Part shown: positions 18,694 through 27,929 of the stretch, piece by piece
Position numbering within the stretch: the first letter of the stretch is position 1
Layout of the letters: the number at the start of each line of letters is the position of its first letter
Assembly: GCA_002792735.1 (NCBI GenBank)
Contig: PFOW01000058.1
Coordinates: 1-59,358 of the forward strand
Reading direction: 5' to 3'
DNA from: a bacterium CG_4_10_14_0_2_um_filter_33_32
Lineage (GTDB): Bacteria > Patescibacteriota > CPR2_A > CG2-30-33-46
Length of the DNA stretch: 59,358 bases
The notes under the pieces: model-generated
Databases searched by the model: none
What the model saw: only the letters and a program-made list of their open reading frames with translations
What the model was told of the DNA's origin: nothing
Program-made: the position numbers and the translations under genes

Positions 18694-19607
18694 TTGTTTT
18701 GAGGAATCAGTTAGAGCGACAGAGGATAAGCCAACAAATAAAGGAAATCTTTGAGAAGTCAGAAGCTATTATTACAGATGATCATTTTGTTTATGCTAAA
18801 AAAGCAGATGGATGGTATCATGGCTCAGCTTATGTAAATAAAGACGCCATATATCCCTATACAAGGTTTGTTAGCTTTTTGTGCAGGGAAATTGCTAATC
18901 ATTTTAGCGGAAAAGGTATTCAAGTTGTGATTGGTCCAACTATAGGTGGGGTTAGTCTTTCTCAGTGGACAGCTCATTGGTTAATGCCTGAATTAGAAAA
19001 AGAATTTCTTGGGGTTTATATGGAAGATATCGATCATGATCATGATTATGATTTTATTAAATCCCAAGGGGAAATATTAGCAGTTTATGCTGATGAAGAA
19101 GATACTTTAGAAGAATTTTCAATAGATGTCATAGCCTTAAAAGACTGGAGGTTGGGACAAAAAATTGAATTTTTAGTCGCCGGTCATGTGCAGATAGAAC
19201 TCGTAGGAAATAAGGGCGGTAAAATGATAGAAAAGATTATTTATCAAACAAAAGTAGGCACGCGGCGTGTTTTAAAACGCGGATATGATAAGTTAGTTAA
19301 GGGCAAAGATTGTTTAATAGTTGAAGATATAATTAACTCGGGTGCAACAGTGCAGAAAACAAAACAAGCAATTCGGGATGCCGGTGGAAATGTTGTAGAG
19401 GTAGGAACTTTTTGCAATAGAAGCGGAGGCAAGGTTACTACTCAAACTCTTGGTGTATCTGAATTATTTTCACTTTTAGATCTTGATATGGAAATGTATC
19501 CAGAGGATAAATGTCCAATTTGCAGAGCAAAAGGTTCACGTTCCGTTAGAACAGATTTAGGTAAAGGCAGAGAATTCCTTATTCGTAAAGGATTAATGAT
19601 TTTATAG
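18690..19607 (+). CDS. Type I phosphoribosyltransferase, probable orotate PRTase with large insertion
   Basis: PRPP-binding motif CLIVEDIINSGATV and an OPRT-like N-terminus. About 90 extra residues precede the PRPP motif. GTG start overlaps the pyrF stop (GTGA). Confidence 0.6.
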   Translation: MIVLRNQLERQRISQQIKEIFEKSEAIITDDHFVYAKKADGWYHGSAYVNKDAIYPYTRFVSFLCREIANHFSGKGIQVVIGPTIGGVSLSQWTAHWLMPELEKEFLGVYMEDIDHDHDYDFIKSQGEILAVYADEEDTLEEFSIDVIALKDWRLGQKIEFLVAGHVQIELVGNKGGKMIEKIIYQTKVGTRRVLKRGYDKLVKGKDCLIVEDIINSGATVQKTKQAIRDAGGNVVEVGTFCNRSGGKVTTQTLGVSELFSLLDLDMEMYPEDKCPICRAKGSRSVRTDLGKGREFLIRKGLMIL

Positions 19608-19619
19608 GGAGGTAATGAG

Positions 19620-19730
19620 ATGAAATCGAGAATTGTTTTTATTGATAAGAAAGAGATTATCTTTATTGTTTGTGTGTGGACAACTTGGTTTTTGGTAGGC
19701 GCTTTAGCTGATTGTGTACGTACTTTGTAA
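19620..19730 (+). CDS. Possible small hydrophobic peptide (36 aa)
   Basis: ATG 19620 follows GGGAGG (19607-19612). MKSRIVFIDKKEIIFIVCVWTTWFLVGALADCVRTL. Below the ORF-track size cut-off; no homology recognised. Confidence 0.2.
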   Translation: MKSRIVFIDKKEIIFIVCVWTTWFLVGALADCVRTL

Positions 19731-19747
19731 ATACGAGGTGATTAAAT

Positions 19748-19882
19748 GTGATTTTCTTTACTTTCGGCACTCTGATAATGGCATTTGCCTCTGATAAATA
19801 TAAGTTTTTAGGGTTATTCCTAATTGTCATTCCTTACATTGACTCATTCTGTTGTTTATTTTTCCGTAAACCTCTAAAATAA
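19748..19882 (+). CDS. Possible small membrane peptide (44 aa)
   Basis: GTG 19748 follows GAGGTG. (V/M)IFFTFGTLIMAFASDKYKFLGLFLIVIPYIDSFCCLFFRKPLK. Speculative. Confidence 0.15.
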   Translation: MIFFTFGTLIMAFASDKYKFLGLFLIVIPYIDSFCCLFFRKPLK

Positions 19883-19967
19883 AATTCAATATAATTTACC
19901 ATGCGTTCCAATAGGAGCACTTTTTTATACCCAATTCATTAAATTTTTGGTATAATTTAACATATTC

Positions 19968-20489
19968 ATGCTTAGATCAGCTAAATATTTTTTAAATATA
20001 CCTATTATAAGCCTTTATAATACTGTAAAAGTTGGTTCGCTTATTGATTTTATTATTGATCCCGAGATAGGTAAAGTAGTAGGTATAGTTGGAGATAAGG
20101 GTATTGTTAGGGATAAAGTAAAAGTGGTATCAATGGTTGATGTAAGGGAAATGTCTAATGATGCTGTAATTGTCGATAATGAAGATGCTCTGGTGTCTCA
20201 AGAAGAAATTGTAAGAATAGACGATATTTTAAAATTAGGCATCAAGATTATCGGAAATAAAGTGATTACAGAATCCGGGCAATATCTTGGTAAGGCGATA
20301 GACTTTTTATTAGATGACTTTTTCTATATAAATAAGCTGTATGTTAAGCCATCTATAATGAATATTGTTGACTCACAATTGGTAATTCCGAGAGAGTTGA
20401 TAATTAAAGTTACGAAAGAAAAAATTATTGTTAGTGATGATTTAATAAAAACCATTAAAGAAGTAGAACCCGTCCCTGCTACACAATAA
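19968..20489 (+). CDS. PRC-barrel-like domain protein (two repeats)
   Basis: Two repeats resembling PRC-barrel/YlmC-type motifs (VGSLIDFIIDPEIGKVVGIV; GKAIDFLLDDFFYINKLYV). Extended -10 TGGTATAAT lies upstream (~19946-19954). Confidence 0.45.
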   Translation: MLRSAKYFLNIPIISLYNTVKVGSLIDFIIDPEIGKVVGIVGDKGIVRDKVKVVSMVDVREMSNDAVIVDNEDALVSQEEIVRIDDILKLGIKIIGNKVITESGQYLGKAIDFLLDDFFYINKLYVKPSIMNIVDSQLVIPRELIIKVTKEKIIVSDDLIKTIKEVEPVPATQ

Positions 20490-20505
20490 AATAATTAGGA
20501 GTTTT

Positions 20506-21447
20506 ATGATAATGAAAGAGAAAAAATACGATCTTATTATTATAGGAGCTGGTCCGGCCGGTTTAAGCGCTGCCTTGTATGCAACACAATATAAGTTAAA
20601 TACCATTATTATTAGTGAGAGGTTAGGTGGAACGCTTTTATCATGTTCAGAGATTAGCAATTATCCAGGGCAAGAAATAATACCAGGTCAGGATTTAGCT
20701 AAGGTTTTTGAGCAAAGGATAAAAGGTAAAATATCTATAATAGAAGATAATGTAACAAAATTAAGAAAACTTGGTAATGATTTTTTAATTGATATAAAAG
20801 ATAATAATCAATTTCAATCAGAAGCAGTTATATTGGCGATAGGTGCAGTAAGAAAGAAACTAGGAGTAAAAGGTGAAGAGGAATTTAAAAATAGAGGAGT
20901 GAGCTATTGTGCTATTTGTGACTCCCCAATGTTTAAAAATAAGTCAGTTGCTGTAGTTGGTAGCGGTAATGCTGCTCTTCATGCAGGATTGTTAATTTCA
21001 GAATACGCAAAAGAAGTTTTTATTTTAGCAAGAAATAGACTTAAAGCCGATCCTGTGTTAATCGATAAAGCTCAAGAAAATGTTAAAATAAAAATGGTTG
21101 AAAATATCGGCATCGAAGAAATAAAAGGTAGTGTTTTTGTTGAAAAAATTAATTTATCAAGAAAATTAAACGGTAATAAAAGCATGGATGTTCAAGGAGT
21201 TTTTGTTGAAATTGGGATTGAGCCCGATGCAGAAATAATCAGTGATTTTGGTGTTGAAAAAGATTCTGTTGGATTTATTAAAGTGAACAGTGCAATGGAA
21301 ACAAATATCCCTGAATTATATGCTGCCGGAGATATGACTACCGGTTCTAATGGATTAAGACAAGTAATTACAGCTGCAGCGGAAGGAGCAATTGCAGCTA
21401 CCAGTGTTTATCACATGGTTAAAGAAAATATGGAAGAATCAGAATAA
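20506..21447 (+). CDS. trxB: Thioredoxin reductase-like flavoprotein
   Basis: FAD motif IIIGAGPAGLSAA, redox CAIC, second dinucleotide motif VVGSGNAA, C-terminal GD motif AAGDMT. Confidence 0.85.
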   Translation: MIMKEKKYDLIIIGAGPAGLSAALYATQYKLNTIIISERLGGTLLSCSEISNYPGQEIIPGQDLAKVFEQRIKGKISIIEDNVTKLRKLGNDFLIDIKDNNQFQSEAVILAIGAVRKKLGVKGEEEFKNRGVSYCAICDSPMFKNKSVAVVGSGNAALHAGLLISEYAKEVFILARNRLKADPVLIDKAQENVKIKMVENIGIEEIKGSVFVEKINLSRKLNGNKSMDVQGVFVEIGIEPDAEIISDFGVEKDSVGFIKVNSAMETNIPELYAAGDMTTGSNGLRQVITAAAEGAIAATSVYHMVKENMEESE

Positions 21448-21471
21448 AAGGAATTATATTGAGGAGATACA

Positions 21472-22386
21472 GTGAATAATAATCAAAAAATATATGATAC
21501 AATTATTTTAGGTATGGGTCCAGCTGGTCTTACTGCCGCTCTATATTTAGCAAGAGCTGGTTTAAAGATAATAGTTTTAGGAAAAAAGGAAAACTCTAGG
21601 TTGTATAGTGCTCATATGGTGACAAACTATTTTGGCCTTCCAGAGGGTATTGATGGCCGATTTTTATTAGAAAAGGGCTTAGCTCAAGCTAAAGATGCCG
21701 GAGCCGAATTAAAGGAAGAGGAATCCGTAGATATAAGAAAGCAAGAAAATAATTTTTTGATTTCAACATCTAATAATAACTATCTTGGAAAAAGTATTTT
21801 ATTTGCCACGGGCGTAAAAAATATTTCTAGTTTAATTAAGAGTGAAGATAAATTTGTAGGCAGAGGTATTGCTTTTTGTGTAGCGTGCGACGGCTTATAT
21901 TTTAAAGATAAAAAAGTAGTTGTTATTGGGGAGGGTGATTTTGCAGCAAGGGAGGCTTTGGAGCTTTTAGAATATACCAAAGATGTTAATATTTATTCAG
22001 ATGGAAAAGATTTTAGCATTAGTGAAGACATCAAAAAGCAGTTAGAGGTTAAAAACATTAATCTATATAAGGATAAAATTAAAGAATTTATTGGCGATAG
22101 TAAATTAGAAAGTTTGATGAAAAACGATGGAGAAGAAGTTGATATTGATGGTGTTTTTATTGCTAAGGGTATGCCTAAATCTTCAGACCTCGCCTATAAA
22201 TTAGGTTTAGATACTTTTAATAATTATATTCAAAGCACTAATAATGGAGAAACTAATATTAAGGGTGTTTTTGTGGCAGGTGATGCGACGGGCATAGGCT
22301 TACAGATTGGTACAGCCGTAGGTTCGGCTATTAATGCATCATTTTCTGTAGTATCTTATCTCAAGAATGGAGAATTTAAACAATGA
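21472..22386 (+). CDS. Second thioredoxin reductase-like flavoprotein (divergent pyridine-nucleotide site)
   Basis: IILGMGPAGLTAA, redox CVAC, VIGEGDFAA, VAGDAT. GTG start after GAGGAG. Confidence 0.7.
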   Translation: MNNNQKIYDTIILGMGPAGLTAALYLARAGLKIIVLGKKENSRLYSAHMVTNYFGLPEGIDGRFLLEKGLAQAKDAGAELKEEESVDIRKQENNFLISTSNNNYLGKSILFATGVKNISSLIKSEDKFVGRGIAFCVACDGLYFKDKKVVVIGEGDFAAREALELLEYTKDVNIYSDGKDFSISEDIKKQLEVKNINLYKDKIKEFIGDSKLESLMKNDGEEVDIDGVFIAKGMPKSSDLAYKLGLDTFNNYIQSTNNGETNIKGVFVAGDATGIGLQIGTAVGSAINASFSVVSYLKNGEFKQ

Positions 22387-23180
22387 ATGAAGTGTTGATA
22401 TCTTTAGTGTTAGGATTTATTCAGGCTATCACCGAATTTTTACCAATTAGTTCCTCAGGCCATTTAATTTTAGCAAAGGCATTTTTTAATTTTGATTCTA
22501 GTTTTTTTAATTTATCCTTTGATATCATTCTTCATCTTGGCAGTCTTGTTGCATTGATTATTTTTTTTAGGAAAGATCTATTAAAAATTTCTGGTTCATT
22601 TTTAGTTAAAAGTGGAGATCGGAGATTGGGTTATTCTATTCTCTTGGCTATAATTCCGGCAATTATTCTAGGATTATTACTTGATGGTTCGATTGAGGAT
22701 AAATTACGCCAGGTACCTGTTGTATTGGTTATGCTTTTTATTGTTGGTATATTATTTATTGTTGCAGAAAATATCTCGAAAAAGAAAAAGGATATAAGTG
22801 GTATCAGTCTAAAAGATGCCTTTATAATAGGCATTGCACAATCATTGGCTCTTGTTCCTGGTGTATCAAGATCAGGAATAACAATAACCAGCGGTTTGTT
22901 TCTTGGTTTTAAAAGAGACGAAGCGGCAAGATTTTCTTTTTTGCTTTCAATCCCTACGATCCTTCTGGCGTTTATTAAAGATATCTACGAACTATGGAAA
23001 GTAAACATATCATCTATTTTTTCAATGCCTTATTTCGTAGGATTTCTAATTTCCGCAGTGACTAGTTTTTTAGTAATAAAATTTTTGATAAATTATCTTA
23101 AGAACAATACATTAAAGCCCTTTGCGTATTATAGATTTACATTAGTGATATTATTTTTGGTAATAAGTTATGTTTTTTAA
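22383..23180 (+). CDS. uppP: Undecaprenyl-diphosphate phosphatase
   Basis: BacA/UppP motifs (EFLPISSSGHLIL, PGVSRSGITI) and a multi-TM profile. ATGA overlap with the upstream gene. Confidence 0.9.
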   Translation: MNEVLISLVLGFIQAITEFLPISSSGHLILAKAFFNFDSSFFNLSFDIILHLGSLVALIIFFRKDLLKISGSFLVKSGDRRLGYSILLAIIPAIILGLLLDGSIEDKLRQVPVVLVMLFIVGILFIVAENISKKKKDISGISLKDAFIIGIAQSLALVPGVSRSGITITSGLFLGFKRDEAARFSFLLSIPTILLAFIKDIYELWKVNISSIFSMPYFVGFLISAVTSFLVIKFLINYLKNNTLKPFAYYRFTLVILFLVISYVF

Positions 23181-23640
23181 TCTACCCCCACAAATAATAA
23201 TATTTTTACTTTCCATGCTTCCAGTAGGCGAGAAGGTCGCTATCCCTGTGGCTATTAAAGTATATGGTTTATCGCCTTGGGAATCTTTTGTTATAACAGT
23301 GATAGGTTCTTTTATACCTACTATTGCTATAGTTTATTTAATGGGTCCTATATCGGAATTTTTTTCTAAAAGGTTTATTAAGGTAAAGAAGTTATTTGAT
23401 TGGCTTTTTTATCATACCAGGAAAAGGCATACTAAATATTTCGATATTTTTAAAGAATTATCATTATTAGTTTTTGTTTCTATACCTTCTCCTATAACTG
23501 GACCATGGGGAGGAGCCTTAGCTTCTTTTGTTTTCGGAATTCCTCCTAAAAAAGCCCTCCCTTTTATATTCGGAGGATGTTTCATATCAGGTATTATAAT
23601 TACTTTTTTAACTCAAGGTGCTACAATTTTATTTAAATGA
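23170..23640 (+). CDS. Small membrane protein, COG2426-like (putative small multidrug export family)
   Basis: 4-TM 156-aa protein. The N-terminal LPVGEKVAIPVAIKVYGL resembles the family motif. Family assignment from memory only. Confidence 0.45.
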   Translation: MFFNLPPQIIIFLLSMLPVGEKVAIPVAIKVYGLSPWESFVITVIGSFIPTIAIVYLMGPISEFFSKRFIKVKKLFDWLFYHTRKRHTKYFDIFKELSLLVFVSIPSPITGPWGGALASFVFGIPPKKALPFIFGGCFISGIIITFLTQGATILFK

Positions 23641-24920
23641 AGAATCTAGCATTTTCTCAAAATATATTAAACAATGGCTTGCGTTTCATAAATATTCCAA
23701 CGGGGAGCATTAACGCTGCTTCTGTTTTAGTATTAGTAAAAGCAGGTTCAAGATATGAATATTCTAACTTATCAGGTATAGCTCATTTTTTAGAGCATAT
23801 GTTTTTTAAGGGGGGCAAAAAATTTAAGAGTACTCGTGAAATTTCAACCGCTATTGATGGTTTAGGCGGAATTTTTAATGCTATGACAGATAAAGAAGAA
23901 GTTGGATTTTTTATTAAATTACCCAGTAAAAAAATAGAGGTTGCTTTAGATATTCTTTCGGATATGTTTTTGAACTCTAAGTTTTATCAAACAGATATTG
24001 ATCAAGAAAAGAAAGTTATTATAGAAGAAATAAATATGTATGAAGATACGCCAATGTTTCAGACTAACGAATTGCTTGAGAGCATATTATATAAAGGAGG
24101 TTCTCTTGGAAGAAGAATAATCGGTAATAGGAAGATTATAGAATCAATTAAGCAAAAAGATTTTATAAATTTTACCAAGCAATTTTATTTTCCTGAAAAT
24201 ATTGTTATTGTAACTGCCGGCGAAACTAAAAATGTGAATGAAAAAATGATTTCCAGATTCTTTAATTTTGAGAATGAGGGTAAGACACCGGAAGAATTTT
24301 TCTATAAAGAAGATCAAGCAGAGTCGAGGGTAATTTTAAAATCTAAAGATACTGAACAGAGTCATTTTTCCTTGGGATTTAGAATGCCTGAAGCCAGTTA
24401 TCATCATGAGGATTATTTTAAAGCAAAGATTTTAAGTGTTATTTTAGGCGAAGGCATGAGTTCTAGGATGTTTTTATCAATAAGAGAAGAAAAAGGTTTA
24501 GCCTACAGAATAAGTTCTTCTATACAATCGTTTATTGACACAGGTTATTTGGATGTATCGGCAGGTGTTGATAATAAGCAAGTCTTGATGGCGATAAAGG
24601 CTATTTTATTTGAATTCCAAAAAATTAGAGATAAAAAAATTGACGAGAAAGAACTAGATAAATCCAAGGAATATCTTAAAGGTAAGCTTTCTCTAGGGCT
24701 CGAAGAGTCCTTAGACGTTGCCTTCTTTTTGGGTAGGCAAGAAATATTAACCAATAAGATTCTAAATGTTCTGGATGTTTTTAAAAAAATAAATGATGTG
24801 ACTGCGGAAGATATTTTTAATCTTGCTAACAAACGTTTTATTGAAAAAGGTTTGAATATCGGTATTATAGGCCCTGTTATAGATGAAGAATTGATAAGGA
24901 GAGGACTTAAGATCGGTTAA
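23637..24920 (+). CDS. M16 family zinc peptidase (insulinase-like)
   Basis: Inverted zinc motif HFLEH followed by a downstream E. Two-domain 427-aa architecture. Confidence 0.8.
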   Translation: MKNLAFSQNILNNGLRFINIPTGSINAASVLVLVKAGSRYEYSNLSGIAHFLEHMFFKGGKKFKSTREISTAIDGLGGIFNAMTDKEEVGFFIKLPSKKIEVALDILSDMFLNSKFYQTDIDQEKKVIIEEINMYEDTPMFQTNELLESILYKGGSLGRRIIGNRKIIESIKQKDFINFTKQFYFPENIVIVTAGETKNVNEKMISRFFNFENEGKTPEEFFYKEDQAESRVILKSKDTEQSHFSLGFRMPEASYHHEDYFKAKILSVILGEGMSSRMFLSIREEKGLAYRISSSIQSFIDTGYLDVSAGVDNKQVLMAIKAILFEFQKIRDKKIDEKELDKSKEYLKGKLSLGLEESLDVAFFLGRQEILTNKILNVLDVFKKINDVTAEDIFNLANKRFIEKGLNIGIIGPVIDEELIRRGLKIG

Positions 24921-24998
24921 TATGCGTTATTCATGTTTTGACTTTTTCTTAATAATCTTATAAGATATCTATTATTAAATAAATTAAAGGAATTCATT

Positions 24999-25298
24999 AT
25001 GCCAATAAAAAAATCAGCAAAGAAAAGTGTTAGAAAAACAAAGAAACGTACCATTTTTAACAAAAAAGTTAAAAAGACAGTTAAGAAAGTAATGAAAGAT
25101 ACTAAGAAGGCTATTAGCTCTGGATCAAAAGAAGTAGAGGATTTAGCCAGGAAAGCCCAAAAAGTGTTAGGTAAAGCAGTTAAATCCGGTGTTTATCATA
25201 AGAATACAGCCGCAAGAAAATTAAGCAGGCTGATTAAAGCTAAAAAATCAAAGACCATAAAAGCAACCGAGAAAAAGACAAAAAAAGAGGTCTCCTAA
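24999..25298 (+). CDS. rpsT: 30S ribosomal protein S20
   Basis: Basic 99-aa protein, MPIKKSAKKSVRK... and ...GVYHKNTAARKLSRL, typical of S20. Confidence 0.85.
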   Translation: MPIKKSAKKSVRKTKKRTIFNKKVKKTVKKVMKDTKKAISSGSKEVEDLARKAQKVLGKAVKSGVYHKNTAARKLSRLIKAKKSKTIKATEKKTKKEVS

Positions 25299-26000
25299 TC
25301 AGAGGCCTCTTTTGTAATGAATTTTTTTTGATAAATTATAAAATATATTTCTTAGATGACCTAAGTTCATACTTATGTACATTCTAATTCTTCTTACAAA
25401 ACCTGTTATCAGTCCCCACTTTTCTTCTTTTAATGATTGGCTTACTCCATCCCACTCAACAAAATAAATTCCTATTTTAAAATTTTTCGATCTATCAGTA
25501 ATAATATTTTCTATTCCATATTTTACTTTTCCAATATTTTTTATTGTCTTAAATATTTTTATAAATATTTCTTTTTTTGCGGCTCTTTGTCCGCTGCACT
25601 TAGTATTTAAGCTTTGGGCAATATCTGTTGACAACCTGCCATTTACAAGTTTAGCCACTGTCATAATTTCTTGGTTAATTAGCAATGGTTTTATTAAATT
25701 AATAATATGTGTACTCTTAAGATTTACTAAGTCTCCATCAATAAAAAGACAAAACTCTCCCTTAGCTTCTTTTAGTCCCTCTGCCATTGCATAGGCTTTG
25801 CCTTTGTTTTCTTGGAGGTTAATTAATTTTACATGCTTATTTCTTGCTATCATTTCGGTTTTGTCTTTTGAGCCATCATTAACAACTATAATTTCTGATA
25901 TTAATCCTATCGATTGTGTTTTTTCTAAAACATCTATAACTCTTCCAATATTTTTTTCTTCATTGAAAGCCGGAATTATAGCTGTTATTTTTTGATACAT
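25299..26000 (-). CDS. Glycosyltransferase family 2
   Basis: GT-A signature IIPAFNEE..., VVNDGSKD, FIDGDL. Confidence 0.75.
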   Translation of the reverse strand: MYQKITAIIPAFNEEKNIGRVIDVLEKTQSIGLISEIIVVNDGSKDKTEMIARNKHVKLINLQENKGKAYAMAEGLKEAKGEFCLFIDGDLVNLKSTHIINLIKPLLINQEIMTVAKLVNGRLSTDIAQSLNTKCSGQRAAKKEIFIKIFKTIKNIGKVKYGIENIITDRSKNFKIGIYFVEWDGVSQSLKEEKWGLITGFVRRIRMYISMNLGHLRNIFYNLSKKIHYKRGL

Positions 26001-26941
26001 AATTTTGTAGCTAAAATATTTAATGCTATTTTAGGTTCTAATTTCCCATTTTTTATTTTAAGTTCTGTTTCAAATATTTCAGAATACATTTTTTCTAACT
26101 CATCGGCGGAAAAATTTCTGGATTGTTTAATGGTTTTTTCTATAACAAAAGGATGCTTCTTTGTTATTTTTGCTATTTCTGTTTTATTTAGATTACGCGA
26201 TACCAATTCTTTAATAATAATCAAATTTCTTAATTGGTAGACCATCATTCTTAATAAATAAATAATTTCTTCGCCCTTAGTAATTAAATTATTCAAAAAT
26301 GTAAGTGTTTTTTCAATGTTCTTTTCTCCAATACCGTCAACCAATTGAAAAATATTTGTGTTTATATTAGTAGAAACCAATCTATCGATGTCTTCATCTT
26401 GTATCGAGTCGTTATTTTTATTTTTATAAGTTGATAGCTTGTTAATCTCTTGATTTAATTGCCATAGATCATTTCCTACAAATGAAACTAATCTTGATAA
26501 GGCCTTTTTATCTATCTCGCTATTATTTTTTTTGAATTCTTCGTCAGCCCATTTTTCTAATTGAGGTATCGATAGCTTACTATAGTTCCAATTTTTTTCT
26601 GATATTTTTTCTATTTCTGCAAATATTTTTCCTTGAACTTTATTTTCTTCGTAAATAACAAGGAGTATGAAATCCGGTATTTTTTTTACTTGTTCAATAA
26701 AAATTTTCTCATCCTCTTTTTTAAGCTTAGTATTTAAAATGTTTTTTAATATAATCAATCTTTTATCAGAAAGGAAAGGCGGAGAGGATATTGATTTAAT
26801 AAAATCTTGCATTGAAAATGATTTTTCGTCAAACTCATCTAAATTAGAATTTTCTATATCTTTAGAGGAAAATTTTTCTTTTATTTGAAATAATTTTTTT
26901 GAAGATAAGAAATTTTCTTCCCCTGAGATTAGTAGGATCAT
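25985..26941 (-). CDS. holA: DNA polymerase III delta subunit
   Basis: Length and helical pattern of HolA (MILLISGEENFL...; FQLVDGIGEKN; winged-helix C-domain). Similarity is weak and judged by eye. Confidence 0.65.
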   Translation of the reverse strand: MILLISGEENFLSSKKLFQIKEKFSSKDIENSNLDEFDEKSFSMQDFIKSISSPPFLSDKRLIILKNILNTKLKKEDEKIFIEQVKKIPDFILLVIYEENKVQGKIFAEIEKISEKNWNYSKLSIPQLEKWADEEFKKNNSEIDKKALSRLVSFVGNDLWQLNQEINKLSTYKNKNNDSIQDEDIDRLVSTNINTNIFQLVDGIGEKNIEKTLTFLNNLITKGEEIIYLLRMMVYQLRNLIIIKELVSRNLNKTEIAKITKKHPFVIEKTIKQSRNFSADELEKMYSEIFETELKIKNGKLEPKIALNILATKLCIKK

Positions 26942-26956
26942 TTGATTTCCTTATTA

Positions 26957-27850
26957 CTAATTTTTTTGACAAAAAGGGCAGAAATAGGAAGATCTACCTC
27001 CTATTTTTACTCTTTTAATACTGCCACCGCACTTTCTTGGGCATTCTTCCTTTTCTTTTTTGTATACTCTTCTACTTTCAGTATAGAAACCTTTTTCGCC
27101 GGCAGTGTCTCTATAATCAGAAATACTGGAACCTCTTTTTTCTATAGCTTCTTTTAGTATTTTTTTCATTGCCACATACATTTTTTTTAATCTAGGTAAT
27201 GTTAGTTTGTCAGCCGACTCTTTGGGATTAATTCTCGCCTCGAATAATATTTCATCAGAATAAATATTACCTATGCCTGCTATGATCTCTTGGTCAAGAA
27301 GAACCTGTTTAATGCTTCTTTTTTGTTCCTGTATTACTTTCTTAAAATCACTGAAAGTCAATTTTTCACTCATCGCGTCTGGTCCTAGTTTAGCAAATAT
27401 CAAAGGTATTTCTGTTTTATCAACAAGTCTTACTGTGGCAAATTTTCTAAGATCCGATAAAAGTAGATTTTTACCTTTGTCTAGGCTAAATCCTAAGTGT
27501 ACAAAACGGTTTTGAGGGTCTTCTTCTATTGGATCCGGCTTTTTACATTCTTCATTGCTTTTTTTTCTTAGCTTTTCTTTGGTGAATTCCCAACAAGTTG
27601 AAACTAGGGGATGGCCTGTCATTTTAAGATGTATAATTAAAGCCTTATCTCTCGATAAATATATTATGATATTTTTACCCCTACGTTCAATTTTTTCAAT
27701 GATTAAACCTTGAATATCTTTTTCAAACTGTTCATAATCAGGTTTTTTTATTATTTTAGGCCAATCTGAATTAACTCCTAAAATTTTGTGGCCTGATATT
27801 TTAGTTTTTAAGTCTTGTACTATTGTTTGTACTTCTGGTAATTCTGGCAT
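26957..27850 (-). CDS. mutM: Formamidopyrimidine-DNA glycosylase
   Basis: N-terminal MPELPEV (catalytic Pro2/Glu3), H2TH region, C-terminal zinc finger CPRKC...CPFC. Confidence 0.9.
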   Translation of the reverse strand: MPELPEVQTIVQDLKTKISGHKILGVNSDWPKIIKKPDYEQFEKDIQGLIIEKIERRGKNIIIYLSRDKALIIHLKMTGHPLVSTCWEFTKEKLRKKSNEECKKPDPIEEDPQNRFVHLGFSLDKGKNLLLSDLRKFATVRLVDKTEIPLIFAKLGPDAMSEKLTFSDFKKVIQEQKRSIKQVLLDQEIIAGIGNIYSDEILFEARINPKESADKLTLPRLKKMYVAMKKILKEAIEKRGSSISDYRDTAGEKGFYTESRRVYKKEKEECPRKCGGSIKRVKIGGRSSYFCPFCQKN

Positions 27851-27929
27851 CGTTTTATTATAACAAAAAATCCAAATATTTATAATAGCTTTAGAACAGA
27901 TAAGAATTATTATATAGAATAACTTGAAA

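Noticed and set aside
25285-25320. Imperfect palindrome AGAGGTCTC/GAGGCCTCT at the convergent rpsT/GT2 junction as a terminator
   Set aside because: The stem has a mismatch and overlaps both coding ends, and the U-tract is weak. It is plausible but not supportable as a separate feature.
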